Shown here: piece by piece, positions 10,996-22,810 of the stretch
How the letters are laid out: each line of letters opens with the position of its first letter
Position numbering within the stretch: position 1 is the first letter of the stretch
From: Octopus bimaculoides
Taxonomy: Eukaryota
Assembly: GCF_001194135.2 (NCBI RefSeq)
Contig: NC_068985.1
Span: forward strand, 51,697,343 to 51,748,701
Length of the DNA: 51,359 nucleotides
Reading direction: 5' to 3'
Position numbers and translations under genes: made by a program
The notes under the pieces: generated by a model
Told to the model about the DNA's origin: nothing
Database searches by the model: none
The model's input: the letters and a program-made list of their open reading frames with translations, nothing else

Positions 10996-12114
10996 TTAGA
11001 TCCCAGAGGCACATCCATTGATGATGGTAGCTTCTGTCACATTAGGTGGTAATGTCTTCACAATCAACCTTGTCCCATTGCATAATGTAGGAGGATCTAA
11101 ACTTCTTAGAAGCATTACTGGGACTCCTACCTTCATAAAAAAATTATGTGGAGGAGTTCCAGGTAGCTCAAGAAAATTAAGGAACTCTGTTGGGTAATGG
11201 ACAGCTTGATTTTCATCAAAGACTGAATCAACTGATTTGTTCTTATTAATGACTGTTGGAATATTATTCATTAATTCATGGTTAATCTTTGCTACTTTCT
11301 CATTTTTTAGAGCAAGAAATGCCCTTTCACACAACCATTTATGTGAATTATAATTATTACTAAAGTCTGGAAATATCCTGTCCTTCAAATCAGCTGGGGA
11401 ATTCACCGTGACAGCAATATGAGCCAAACTGATAACATCATTCCCATCAAATGGTACTTTTCCATTTCCTAATTGGAGGAGCCAGGTTGGAAACTGTTTT
11501 GCACATTAGTCTCCATGTAATAAAGCTTGCACATTAGTATTGAAAGAGAATTTTAGTACTTTATTCCATAGGTGTGAAGACAATGCATGCTTTTATTTCA
11601 TCAGATCTTGTTCGTCTCGGAATGACTGGTAATGTCTGTCACAAGTCTCCTGATAAAACTAATGTAACTCCTCCCACAGATTTGTTGTTGCCTCTGATGT
11701 CCTGTAAGGTCTTACCAAGAGCTTCCATTGCACCTCTATGTGACATGGTGCAATCATCCCAAATGATAATGATGCATTGGCACAACACTTTTGGTGAATC
11801 TGAATCTTTGCTTATGTTACAAATTAGACTGTCATTTGTGACCAGGTTTAGTGGTAATTTAAAAGCAGAATGAGCTGTTTGTCCGCCTCGGAGAATGGTG
11901 GCAGCAAAGCCAGACAATGGTATGGCAACTGCAATTCTTTTTTGTTATCTTCCCTTGGAGAGAAGCAATGTTACAAATGTTTTACCTGTGCCACCAGGAG
12001 CATCAAGAAAGAAAATTCCTCTGCTTTTTTCTGGTGATTGTGGAATGCTGCATGCACACACACACACACACACACATATATACATACAGTATCAAACATC
12101 AGATGAAATGGACG

Positions 12115-12148
<34 letters not shown>

Positions 12149-12280
12149 CGAGAGAGAGAAAGAGAGAGCGATTGAGTGAAGGGGTGTGTTGTCATGTATA
12201 AGTACATACATAAATATGCATACATCTTTCTTGTATGTGTTTGTGTGTGAAAGAGAGAGTGCCACTTAGACATCACTTTC

Positions 12281-12326
<46 letters not shown>

Positions 12327-12909
12327 AAAAAAGATGTATGCATGACAACACACTCGTTCACACACATAAATGTATACAAACGTACATACAAAAACGCATG
12401 TGCGACTGACTACAAATACATAGCTGAACATGGTGTGCAAAACGAAAATAAATTTTTTAATTTTTATGGAAATTAATGAAGTGTGCGAGTTCGGAATGAA
12501 ATCAGAGAAAGAGAGAGAGAGAGAAGACATTGCAAAACAATGAGATAAACATGGAATGAAAAAGTTGAATAAATGAAAGCATGTTAAAAACTATCTTGCT
12601 CTGAATATTTAAACTTGTGAACTTCGTAAATATTTCTTTCAGTAATTTATGTTGTTCACAAATAGTGAACATTAAAATAGTGAGTGAGAGACTTCGCTGC
12701 TTTTACATCAATGCCAGAAGTTGACATTGAGAAACCTTTTCAAAAAAGTGAATCATGAATATAAAGCAATATTTTTTTATTTATAATAAAAAAAATTAAA
12801 CGAAGACCCAATTATGTGTCTGAGGTCAAATTATTCATCACAAGTATGGAATTGAAGCCATTTTCATGTGAAAAGTGAATACACACACATCTCTATTTTA
12901 TATATTAGA
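10996..12909 (-). mobile_element. Helitron remnant: 5' TC terminus plus a decayed PIF1-like helicase
   Basis: ORF 11639-11917 has AATIL.GGQTAHSAFKLP, IIWDDCTMSH and GGVTLVLSGD. ORF 10996-11427 has LCERAFLA.KN, YPTEFLN and KVGVPVMLLRSLDPPTLCNGTRL. The minus strand at 12910 reads a|TCtaatatataaaatagagatgtgtgtgt, a typical Helitron 5' end. Confidence 0.85.
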
Positions 12910-13313
12910 TTAGATATAAGGAACTGTATAAAAAAAGGTGTTAAAATATTTTGTGTTGTAGAAATCTCACCAATTTATTGCACAGATTTTAACAACAAAC
13001 TTTTATATGGACTCCAACTGAGAATTAAGGTTTTTAGACTCATAGATTAACAATGAGCAGACTTATCACAGATACTATTACTAATATATGCACTTTGACT
13101 CTTGATGAATATCACAAATTGTATCCCCACATCAACTTATTATCTGATGTCATAAGTTATAAACTATTTAGTTATGTAATAATGATTTCAAAAGTGAAAA
13201 ATGAGAAACTGCTGTTCATTAACATCATTAATGTCCCCAGCATAGCCCCGCCAACCTCCACTACTACAATTCTTTATTAATCTGAGTTCTGCTAATTTTA
13301 AGAAAAAAGGTCT

Positions 13314-13493
13314 AGGCGCAAGGAGTGGCTGTGTGGTAAGTAGCTTGCTTACCAACCACATGGTTCCGGGTTCAGTCCCACTGTGTGGCACCTTGGGCAA
13401 GTGTCTTCTACTATGGCCTCGGGCCAACCAAAGCCTTGTGAGTGGATTTGTTAGATGGAAACTGAAAGAAGCCTGTCGTATATATGTATATGA

Positions 13494-13527
<34 letters not shown>

Positions 13528-13728
13528 TTGTCCCCCCAACATCGCTTGACAACCGATGCTGGTGTGTTTACGCCTCCATAACTTAGCGGTTCGGCAAAAG
13601 TAACCGATAGAATAAGTACTAGGTTTCCAAAGAATAAGTCCTGGGGTCGATTTGCTCGACTAAAGGCGGTGCTCCAGCATGGCCGCAGTCAAATGACTGA
13701 AACAAGTAAAAGAGTAAAGAGTAAGAAG
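13314..13728 (+). mobile_element. Full-length SINE family B (tRNA-like head, internal TA/TG microsatellite, (gagtaaa)n tail)
   Basis: It reads aggcgcaaggagtggctgtgtggtaag...ggttcagtcccactg...gtcaaatgactgaaacaagtaaaagag. More than 20 partial copies occur in the window. Confidence 0.9.
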
Positions 13729-14068
13729 TATAACTACTTATATACAGGATACGACACAACCTCCCCAATCCGTCATTTTTGTTAAACATTTCAACAGTTA
13801 TCACAGAGTGTACGCAGTCCAATTCACGATGTGTGGGGGGAAAAAAGCAGTAAAACATTATCTACATGAATACATTGTTACCACCTGTCTATGTCCACTA
13901 GCGCCACACCAATGACGAATTTTTTTCTGCCGCACGTTGTATATGCAAGCGCATTTTGTTCTTTTTATTATAACAAGTCGTCTTTGATTACCTCCCTTTA
14001 AACACTTGCTAAAGCAAGAATTACCTCCCTGTTCAACATCCAAAAATTCATAGTTGTTGCTTGCTTAC

Positions 14069-14153
14069 CTGCACTTTGAGAAGACCTATCAAGTCAACTT
14101 TACCGCCATTCTCATTAAAGGTGACAGTCCACTGAGAGCGCCAGCGCCCATTC
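14069..14153 (-). CDS. CAPZA: CAPZA coding exon 7 (W-NGRWRSQWTVTFNENGGKVDLIGLLKVQ), 85 nt, phase 2 to 0
   Basis: Minus strand reads gttttatAG|gaatgggcgc...aaagtgcag|GTaagc. It carries the NGRWRS.W motif. Confidence 0.97.
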
Positions 14154-14239
14154 CTATAAAACATTAGAAATACAGATATTAATTACATTAGCATACGAAT
14201 CGAAATACAAAGTAAACTATAAATTTGTTCAATATATAT

Positions 14240-14610
14240 AGGCGTAGGAGTGGCTGTGTGGTAAGTAGCTTGCTAACGAACCACATGGTTCCGGGTTCAG
14301 TCCCACTGAGTGGCATCTTGGGCAAGCGTCTTCTGCTATAGCCTCGGGCCGATCAAAGCCTTGTGAGTGGATTTGGTAGACAGAAACTGAAAGAAACCCG
14401 TCGAATATATGTATATATATGTATGTGTTTGTGTGTCTGTGTTTGTCCCCCAAAGCGATGCTGGTGTGTTTACGTCCCTGTAACTTAGCAGTTCAGCCTA
14501 AGAGACCGATAGAATAAGTACTAGGCTTCCAAAGAATAAGTCCTGGGGTCGATTTGCTCGACTAAAGGCGGTGCTCCAGCATGGTCACAGTCAAAGAGTA
14601 AAGAGTAAAA
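14240..14610 (+). mobile_element. Full-length SINE family B
   Basis: It is colinear with and highly similar to 13314-13728. Confidence 0.9.
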
Positions 14611-15981
14611 GCATATAATATGAAATAATATTTAGAATACTATGAATTTTAAGAGCAAAGAAATACCAAATTCCTCCCTGATTAGTTACTGACCCTTTAC
14701 AAAGGTTGAATAAAAGCTAGTGGAGCACTGTTCTTATATGAGACAGAACCACACTTATCTACACTATCATCAGTCAGTTTTACTCACCAGCACACTACAC
14801 CACTGGTTCATTGCAATGTGATTCTAATAATGCAATGCAAAGAAACCTCTCCATCCAGCTCAGCCTACTTTTTACATTACTCACACTGTATCATTTATCA
14901 GACCCTGCAAGCTAAACATACATCAACCAATTTTTTCCAACTCAAACCACAAATCTAAGCAATTCTGTTATTGCCCATTGGCTTTTCCTACATGCTCAAA
15001 TCAATCTCATTTAGCCTGGAAGAGCTTTCATAATTTATGGGCACTGTCTCTCCTATCTTTTAAAAACATGTGTATGCTTAAAAACTATTACTAGCTTATA
15101 GGCACAAGTGTGACTTTGTGGTTCAGAAGTCAGCTTCCCAATCATTTGCTTTGTGAAAAGCTGATAAAACCAAAATTAATAACATGTAAATACTGTGTTT
15201 AAAAACGTGTGTCTGAGTTCAAGTACTCATGTCTAGAGATCGCATGATGGTTGTAAATGAGTAGCACTGACATACAAGCAAGGTTGTTTGTTTTCAGTTT
15301 TCTGTGAAAAACATTATCTGGTCATGGGGAAATATAACCTTGCTGGGAAACAGGCAAAGGTTGGAGACAGGAAGAGTATCTGGCCATAGAAAATATACAA
15401 TAAACTCTGTCCATCCCATGCAAGCATGGAAAATTAACATTAGAATAATGATTAGTTGCCAACTCAAAAAGCATTCATCAGGACTTAAAAATCCAGTATG
15501 ATTTTTCAACTTTTGTCAGATTTCTTTTAAAATAAGGCCTTCTTGATCTTGTTGCAGACTGCAGAAATTGGGCTGACAATTTTGTAAATTATACACGGAT
15601 ATCATACCAATACATGATGTGGATATACAATTTATTAACTGAATTACTGATACTTTGCACTAGGTATTTTTTGAGTTGAGCACATTGAAAGTACTTTAAC
15701 CCATTTTATACCAATCAACCAGAGACTGCTTCTGGTTTTTTGGTACAAAAAACCCCCCACCTATTTTAAAGTGTTTATATTTAATTTAAAACTCAATCCT
15801 AGCTTAATGAAATAGCTAAAAAAATTAATGTGGGTGTGGTTCAGAAGTTCATTTTGCAACCATGCAGTTTTAAATTCAATCCCAATGCAAGGCGTATTGT
15901 GTAAGCAAGCATTTTCTGATAGCCTTCGGTTAGATAATGCATGAGAGAAATTGGATAAACAAAAATTATACAGAAGCCTAT

Positions 15982-16030
<49 letters not shown>

Positions 16031-16220
16031 CTTCTGTATAATTACCATTTAACAAATTATACACAGTCACAGGCATGGCTGTGTGATTAAGAAGCTTCCT
16101 TCCTAACCATGTCTTGGGTTTAGTCCCACTGCATGGTGCTTTGAGCAAATATCTTCTACTAAAACCTTGAAGCAGCTAAAGTCTTGTGAGTGAATTTGGT
16201 AGACAGAAACTGAAAGCCAT

Positions 16221-16223
<3 letters not shown>

Positions 16224-16304
<81 letters not shown>
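16224..16304. repeat. (GT)n microsatellite of about 80 bp
   Basis: Directly visible. It sits at the internal microsatellite position of a family B SINE. Confidence 0.95.
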
Positions 16305-16305
<1 letters not shown>

Positions 16306-17073
16306 TGGCTATAAGCAAGCATCACTGCCACTATACAAGTGATGTTATTTGTTTCTAGTCTTCTATGAAAAAAACATGCCTGGAGACAGGACAGGAAGGA
16401 CATCCACTCATAGAAAATGCACCTCAACAAACTCTGCCTGACCTGTGCAAGCATGGAATAGTGATGATAACGATGAGTGTGAGTGTGTGTGTGACTGTGT
16501 TTATATTCATTTGTTTATGTCCAGTAACTTAGTGGATCAACAAATATATCGATAAAGTACTAGACTTGGAAATAACTTAAGAATAATATGATCACCTGTT
16601 GAAGGTAGTGTAGTCCAACATGGTTGCAATCCAATGATTGAAACCAATAAAGAAGGGATTTCACTAAGTCTGATTCTTTTTAGTGTATTTCATTGGGAAA
16701 TATCACAAAAGACTCCACACATACACACACACACATATAAGTGGGAATGGATTTGTTCAGTGAGCAACAAATTTACTGTTCAGATTGTGGCTTTTATTAG
16801 GAATAACCACATTAAGCTCACATTGTTACGTGACCCCAATGGATTCCTTTTCGTCTGAGAAGTGTTATAACAAAATATAAAGAGCACACCAATAATGAAA
16901 TAAAGGAAAAAAAAAGCATAGGCATGAACTTGATACTCTGTTATTACATTTGTTTCAGTATTCAACAATTAATGATATCACATAAGTTGTATCTAATGGA
17001 TTGCATTTCAAGTGTGGCATCGTTAATTACCAAATACTGAAACAGATGCTATAAGGAATACATGTTCATTCTC

Positions 17074-17077
<4 letters not shown>

Positions 17078-17132
<55 letters not shown>
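17078..17132. repeat. (TA)n microsatellite
   Basis: Directly visible. Confidence 0.95.
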
Positions 17133-17135
<3 letters not shown>

Positions 17136-17377
17136 CTAAAAGGTATTAGTGCTACTCATCTGTGCTTGAACAGAGAGCCTTTAAACAAGTTACAATGACT
17201 GCTATTTCTAAATGAAGCCAAACCAATATTTAATGCAAGACAAACTGTCTGAAAATGTAGGACCTTCCAACAGGATGTTTAAAAATAAGAAAGAAGGTTT
17301 ATTCAGTAAATAAAGTGAATAAACATTACTAATTACTGATTAAACAATTATAATCACCATCCTCACTAACATTGTTA

Positions 17378-17380
<3 letters not shown>

Positions 17381-17423
<43 letters not shown>
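17381..17423. repeat. (TTA)n microsatellite
   Basis: Directly visible. Confidence 0.95.
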
Positions 17424-17425
<2 letters not shown>

Positions 17426-17579
17426 CTAGTTGTGTCCATTGCATTCTAAGACCAAATCCAACCATGGCTGATTTTATCATTATCGTTGTGAAATAAGTAC
17501 CAGTCAAGTACTACAATCAATAATCAACTAACACTTACCCAAATTTAGTGGCTACATTAGAAGCTATTATTATAATTAT

Positions 17580-18565
17580 TATTAAGGTGACAGCAAGCAG
17601 GCGGAATCAAATTGTTACTGTGCCGGAACAAAATGCTCAAATGGCATTCCTAGCAGCTCTTTATTATATTCTGAGTTGAAATTCCACCAAAGTCAACTTT
17701 GTTTCTCATCCTTTCAGTGAAAATAAAACAAAGTACCAGTTGATCACAGCAGCTGATGTACTTGACTAGACCACCCCTCCCTTCCCACTAAATTTCAAAT
17801 TTTGTGCCTATAATGGATAGAATCCTCAACATCATCATCATCATTCAGTTGTTTTATTTTTGTGTACTTTCACTGCAATGCCCAGCGTAGCTCTGTGTGC
17901 TTTGGGTATGTGCTGTGGTTTATTTTGAACTGTTACTTTTTCTATATTGAAAGTGCTCAACATAAGATGTATGTGATGCCTAGCAGTGCTATTTTCTGTA
18001 TATTATACATATTTCTAAGTCCCGAGATTTTGGTAACGTATTTGTCAATTTTTTCATTATACCTAAAGCACCTATTATGGAGACTATTCTCAGGTCTTAC
18101 ATTCAGGTTATTTCTGTTTATCATAATTTCATTGCTGACAGGGGATTGACAGAATTGTTAGAGTATCAGACACATGCTTTTTCATGTTTCTTCAGCCATT
18201 TTATATTCTGAGTTCAAATCCTGCTGAGATCAACTCTGCCTTTGATGGGCTAATAAATTACAGTACCAGTCAAATACTGGGCTTATAGTACTAACTCCTC
18301 CCCCATAAAACTGCTGACCTTGTACCACAATCAGAAATTATCATTATTATTATTAGCAGAATCATCAGTACGCCAGGCAAAAAACACTTAGTGGCATTTC
18401 ATCTGTCTTTATATTCTGAGTTCAAATTCTGCCGAGGTCAACTTTGTTTTCATCCTTTCAGGGTCAATAAAATAAGTACCAGTTGAGCACTGGGGGTTGA
18501 TGTAATCAACTAAACCTCTCCCCCAAAACTGCTGGCTTTGTGCCAAAATTTGAAACCATTATTAG
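17580..18565 (+). mobile_element. Cluster of three diverged family C SINE copies
   Basis: The block attctgagtt(c/g)aaat...gtcaact(t)tg...aagtaccag recurs at about 17670, 18205 and 18415. Confidence 0.7.
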
Positions 18566-18699
18566 CAGTAGTAGCAGCAGTCAACCATGTGGTTTCAGGT
18601 TCAACCCCACTGTGTGGTACCTTGGGCAAGTGACTTTTATAGCCCCAGGCCAGCCAAAGCCTTGTGAATGGATTTGATAGACAGAAACTGAAAGAAGCC

Positions 18700-18730
<31 letters not shown>

Positions 18731-19404
18731 CTCTGGTCTTGATATCATAGGACAGTTGTGAACAAGCATCACTGTTGCATAAGTGATGTTTGTTTCTATT
18801 CTTCAATGAAAAATATGCCAGGCTATGGGGAAATATTACCTTGCTTGGTAACATGAAAATTGGCAAACGGAAGGGAATGCAGCTCAGTAAATTCTGTCTG
18901 TTTCATGTAAGCATGGAACAGTGGACATTAAAGTGATGATTGTTAAAGTGGAATTGCAGAAATAGCAGCATGATTAAGTCCTAAGAGTATTTGGATCCAT
19001 TCCATTATGTTCTAAGTTGGAATCTTGGTAACGTCAACGCTCCATCTATTTGGCCCTCAATAACAGCAATGACTTCTATGAGCCAATGCAAGAATATGTG
19101 AATGGTTACTTTAACTGACAGAAATAGTAACCAAGTTTCACTCTAGGTCTGCACAATGGCAAATGATTTGAGATTAAATAACAGTTTCTCACATAAGCTG
19201 AAGGTCACAAATTTGGAAGTGTGTGTGTGGAGTTTACTCCAGTATATTACTGGTATTTGTTTTATCTGCCCTGAAAGGAATTTAAACTATAGTGCCGTAC
19301 CTAAAAAATGCAGTGCATTTTGCTCAATGCTCTACTAATTTTGCCATCCACCATACTAGTAAGTACACATTAGCATTCAGATTACTGTCACGTGTAATGC
19401 TTAT

Positions 19405-19803
19405 TATTCTTTTATTTCTTTCAGTCATTCGACTGTGGCCATGCTGGGGCACCACCTTGAAGGGTTTTAGTCGAAGAAATCTATAGAAGACACTTGCTCA
19501 AGATGCCATGCTGTGGGACTGACCAAGAATCATGTGGTTGGGAAGCAAGCTTATTTCTTTATTGCCCACAAGGAGCTAAACATAGAGGGGACAAACAAGG
19601 ACAGACAAAGGGATTAAGTCGATTACATCGACCCCAGTTTGTAACTGGTACTTAATTTATTGATCCCGAAAGGATGAAAGGCAAAGCCGACTTCGGCAGA
19701 ATTTGAACTCAGAACATAACAGCAGACGAACTACCGCTAAGCATTTCGCCCAGCGTGCTAATGTTTCTGCCAGCTCGCCGCCTTACACAACCATGCCTGC
19801 ACC
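19405..19803 (-). mobile_element. Family B SINE with a nested full-length family C SINE (19551-19783)
   Basis: The B head ...gggaagcaagc | ...acacaaccatgcctgcacc is split by an intact C copy. Confidence 0.8.
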
Positions 19804-20196
19804 TAAAAGTTCACATTGTTTCATAGATCTGATATTTCAGTTATGTGATAGCTTATTTTTAAAGTGACATTGTAAAGATAGATGCAAGAGGCGAAATCTG
19901 ATTGTTTTGAACACAAAACACAATACTTGGGCTTGATATGGCCAGGTTCACAATATCACAGAATCAACCAGACCATCAGATGCTGTTATTCACCGATGAT
20001 CCAATGAGCTTCTAGCTTTGCCTTGATCATGCAATTCTTTTCCATCTTGACCCAAATCATGTTTGACCAAATCATCCTCCCATTGTCATGGAGACCTTCC
20101 AAGTGGCCATTTTCGATCTCTTGGACACCACTCAGCCAGTATAAACGTTAAAATGTTAAAAAAATTAAAATGAAAGAAAAAAGAAAAAAAAAAACT

Positions 20197-20253
20197 AAAG
20201 CCTTGTGAGTGAATTTGGTAGACGGAAACTGAAAGAAGCCCGTTGTATATATG

Positions 20254-20295
<42 letters not shown>

Positions 20296-20495
20296 TTGTC
20301 CCCCCCACCATCGCTTGACATCCGATGGTGGTGTGTTTATGTCCCCGTAACTTAGTGGTTCGGCAAAAGAGACCGATAGAATAAGTACCAGGCTTCCAAA
20401 TAATAAGTCCTGGGGTCGATTTGCTTGACTAAAGGCGGTGCTCCAGCATGGCCGCAGTCAAATGACTGAAACAAGTAAAAGAGTAAAAGAGTAAA
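20197..20495 (+). mobile_element. 5'-truncated SINE family B ending about 10 nt from the exon 6 donor
   Basis: It reads aaagccttgtgagtgaatttggtagacgg...aaatgactgaaacaagtaaaagagtaaaagagtaaa. Confidence 0.9.
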
Positions 20496-20506
20496 TAAAA
20501 ACTTAC

Positions 20507-20722
20507 CAAAAGTTCTTGGGTTGGAATTGATGGCTTTCCACACAAGCAATGATGGTGATATTGCCATCAGTGTGGCTACCATAGACAGAAGTGACGCCAT
20601 ATTTGTAGTGGTTATGTACATAGGGAGTAAATGAAGATTCTATAGCAGAACGCCACGGTTCAGCTACCTTATCAATTTCAGCAGGTTGGAAGTCACTGGC
20701 TTCTTTCCGCAAATGGTCATAT
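20507..20722 (-). CDS. CAPZA: CAPZA coding exon 6 ([10 protein letters not shown]...ACVESHQFQPKNF+W), 216 nt, phase 2 to 2
   Basis: It lies inside ORF 20503..20736(-) and reads gtgtttgctatcAG|atatgaccat...aagaacttttg|GTaagt. The DHLRKEASD and ESHQFQPKNFW motifs are diagnostic. Confidence 0.98.
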
Positions 20723-22300
20723 CTGATAGCAAACACAAATGAAAATAAATTTCATTTAAAAAAAAAAAATGGAATCAAATTTTCACAGCTCAAAAATAAA
20801 GAAAAATAGTAAAACAAGCTGAAACAAAAAGTGTTAATTTATAAATTTTCATTTTAATACATAAGGTGTAAGCGTGATTGTATGGTTGAAAAATTTGTTT
20901 CCGACCATGTGGACAGGTGTCTTTTATTAAAGCCCAGGCACAGCCAAAGCCAGGTGAATGGATTTGGTAGATTGAAACTGAAAGAAGCCCATTGTGTGTG
21001 TTTGCATGTACACTTGTCTTGAATCGATGTAATGGTTGTAGACGAACATCACCATCAAATAAGCAATGTAGTCTAGTTTCTAGTCTTCCAAAAAAACAAA
21101 ACATATCAGGCCCAAAGAGTAAATATATTCTTATTTGGAAACAAGTGACAAGAAGAGCATCTGGCTACAGAAAAAAAAAACGTATCTCAATAAATTTCTT
21201 CAAACCCATTCATGAGAAGAAAAGTGCACATTAAATGGTGATGCTGACAATGAATACAGAGAACTCACAAACTGTGGATGGAGACAATTTCAACCTTGAT
21301 ATTTGATAATCATTACACTATATCAACATTAGAATGAGATTATCTGAAGGCAGCAATAGAAGAAAGATCAGATTTTGTTTGTAGAGAATGTGAGTCCTCT
21401 ATATGCATCATCATCACCACTTAATGTTTTCTTTTCCATACTTGCGTGTGTCATGCAGAATTTGTTGAGGCAGATTTTTTTTTACAACTGAATGTTCTTC
21501 CTGTCACCACCCAAGCAGTTTCCAAGCAACATAACATTTCACCATGAACAACAAGAAACAAACAAACATCATCTGTATGATGGTGATGCTCATTTACAAC
21601 CATCACAAGACATAGGTAAATACACACAACTACATACACACAAGCTTCTTTCAGTTTCTGCCAACCAAATCCACTCACAAAGCTTTGGTTGGCCCATACT
21701 ATAGATGAGGGCACACTTGCCCAAGTTGCTATGCAACCCAAGACCACACAGTTGTGAAGCAAGCTTCTTAACCACATAGCTACTGATGAGAATTTTGTAT
21801 TATTAATTTCTATTATCAAAAAAATACTGAATGCTAAACTCAGAAAAATGACAGGGTAAAACTTCAGGTTTGAATCCAATAGATAAATTCTACTACACAT
21901 GTGTGATGTGCATATAAAGGATCTTCAGACATTAGGCATCACTGAGAAAATGACAAAGGACTGGGAGATGTACCGTTCTTGATAAGATATGTCAAGCTAA
22001 GTAAAATCACTATCTTCCACACATACAGTCTTGTTCTTTCAGGTGCCAGTGCTACTTAAAAAGCACCCATGTCAGTGACATATAAAAAGCAGCCAGCACA
22101 CTTAAGTGGTTGGCGGTTAAGAAGGGCAGCCAGCCATAGAAACCATGCCACGACTGACGGTTGGAGTCCAGACAGCACCCTGCTAGCCAGCTCCATGTCA
22201 AACTGTCCAACCCATGCTAGCATGGAGACCAGATGTTAAGTGGTGGTGATTATCACACACACACTGAATGCACCTTTTCTCTTATTTCTACACAAAAATC

Positions 22301-22686
22301 GTGAAGGCGCAATGGGCCAGTGGTTAAGGCAGCGAACTCGCAGTCATAGGATCGCGGTTTCGATTCCCAGACCGGGCATTGTGAGTGTTTATTGAGCGAA
22401 AACACCTAAAGCTCTACGAGGCTCTGGCAGGGGATGGTGGCGAACCCCGCTGTACTCTTTCACCACAACTTTCTCTCACTCTTACTCTGTTTCTCTTGTG
22501 CCTGTAATTCAAAGGGCTAGCCTTGTCACACTGTGTCACGCTGAATATCCCCGAGAACTACGTTAAGGGTACATGTGTCTGTGGAGTGCTCAGCCACTTG
22601 CATGTTAATTTCACGAGCAGTCTGTTCCGTTGATCGGATCAACTGGAACCCTCGACTTCGTAAGCATCGGAGTGCCAACAACAACA
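22301..22686 (+). mobile_element. Full-length SINE family A with an 11-bp TSD
   Basis: It has a tRNA-like head (aggcgcaatgggccagtggttaagg) and an (aca)n tail. The sequence acacaaaaatc occurs at 22290-22300 and 22687-22697. Confidence 0.88.
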
Positions 22687-22739
22687 ACACAAAAATCATA
22701 TATTTTTGAAGTCCTGAAAACCATAAGATGTACACTTAC

Positions 22740-22810
22740 TTAAAGGTGGTCTTTGTTCGAGGATCCAAAAATCTTCCTGCACCCAAGTCACCATATTCAG
22801 TAATCAAAAC
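22740..22810 (-). CDS. CAPZA: CAPZA coding exon 5 ([23 protein letters not shown]+K), 71 nt, phase 0 to 2
   Basis: Minus strand reads ttttatttAG|gttttgatt...acctttaa|GTaagt. It aligns with [24 protein letters not shown]. Confidence 0.97.

Noticed and set aside
22305-22375. tRNA-like sequence (also at about 235-305 and in the family B heads)
   Set aside because: These are SINE heads that continue into SINE body sequence. I cannot fold a complete cloverleaf, so they are not called as tRNA genes.
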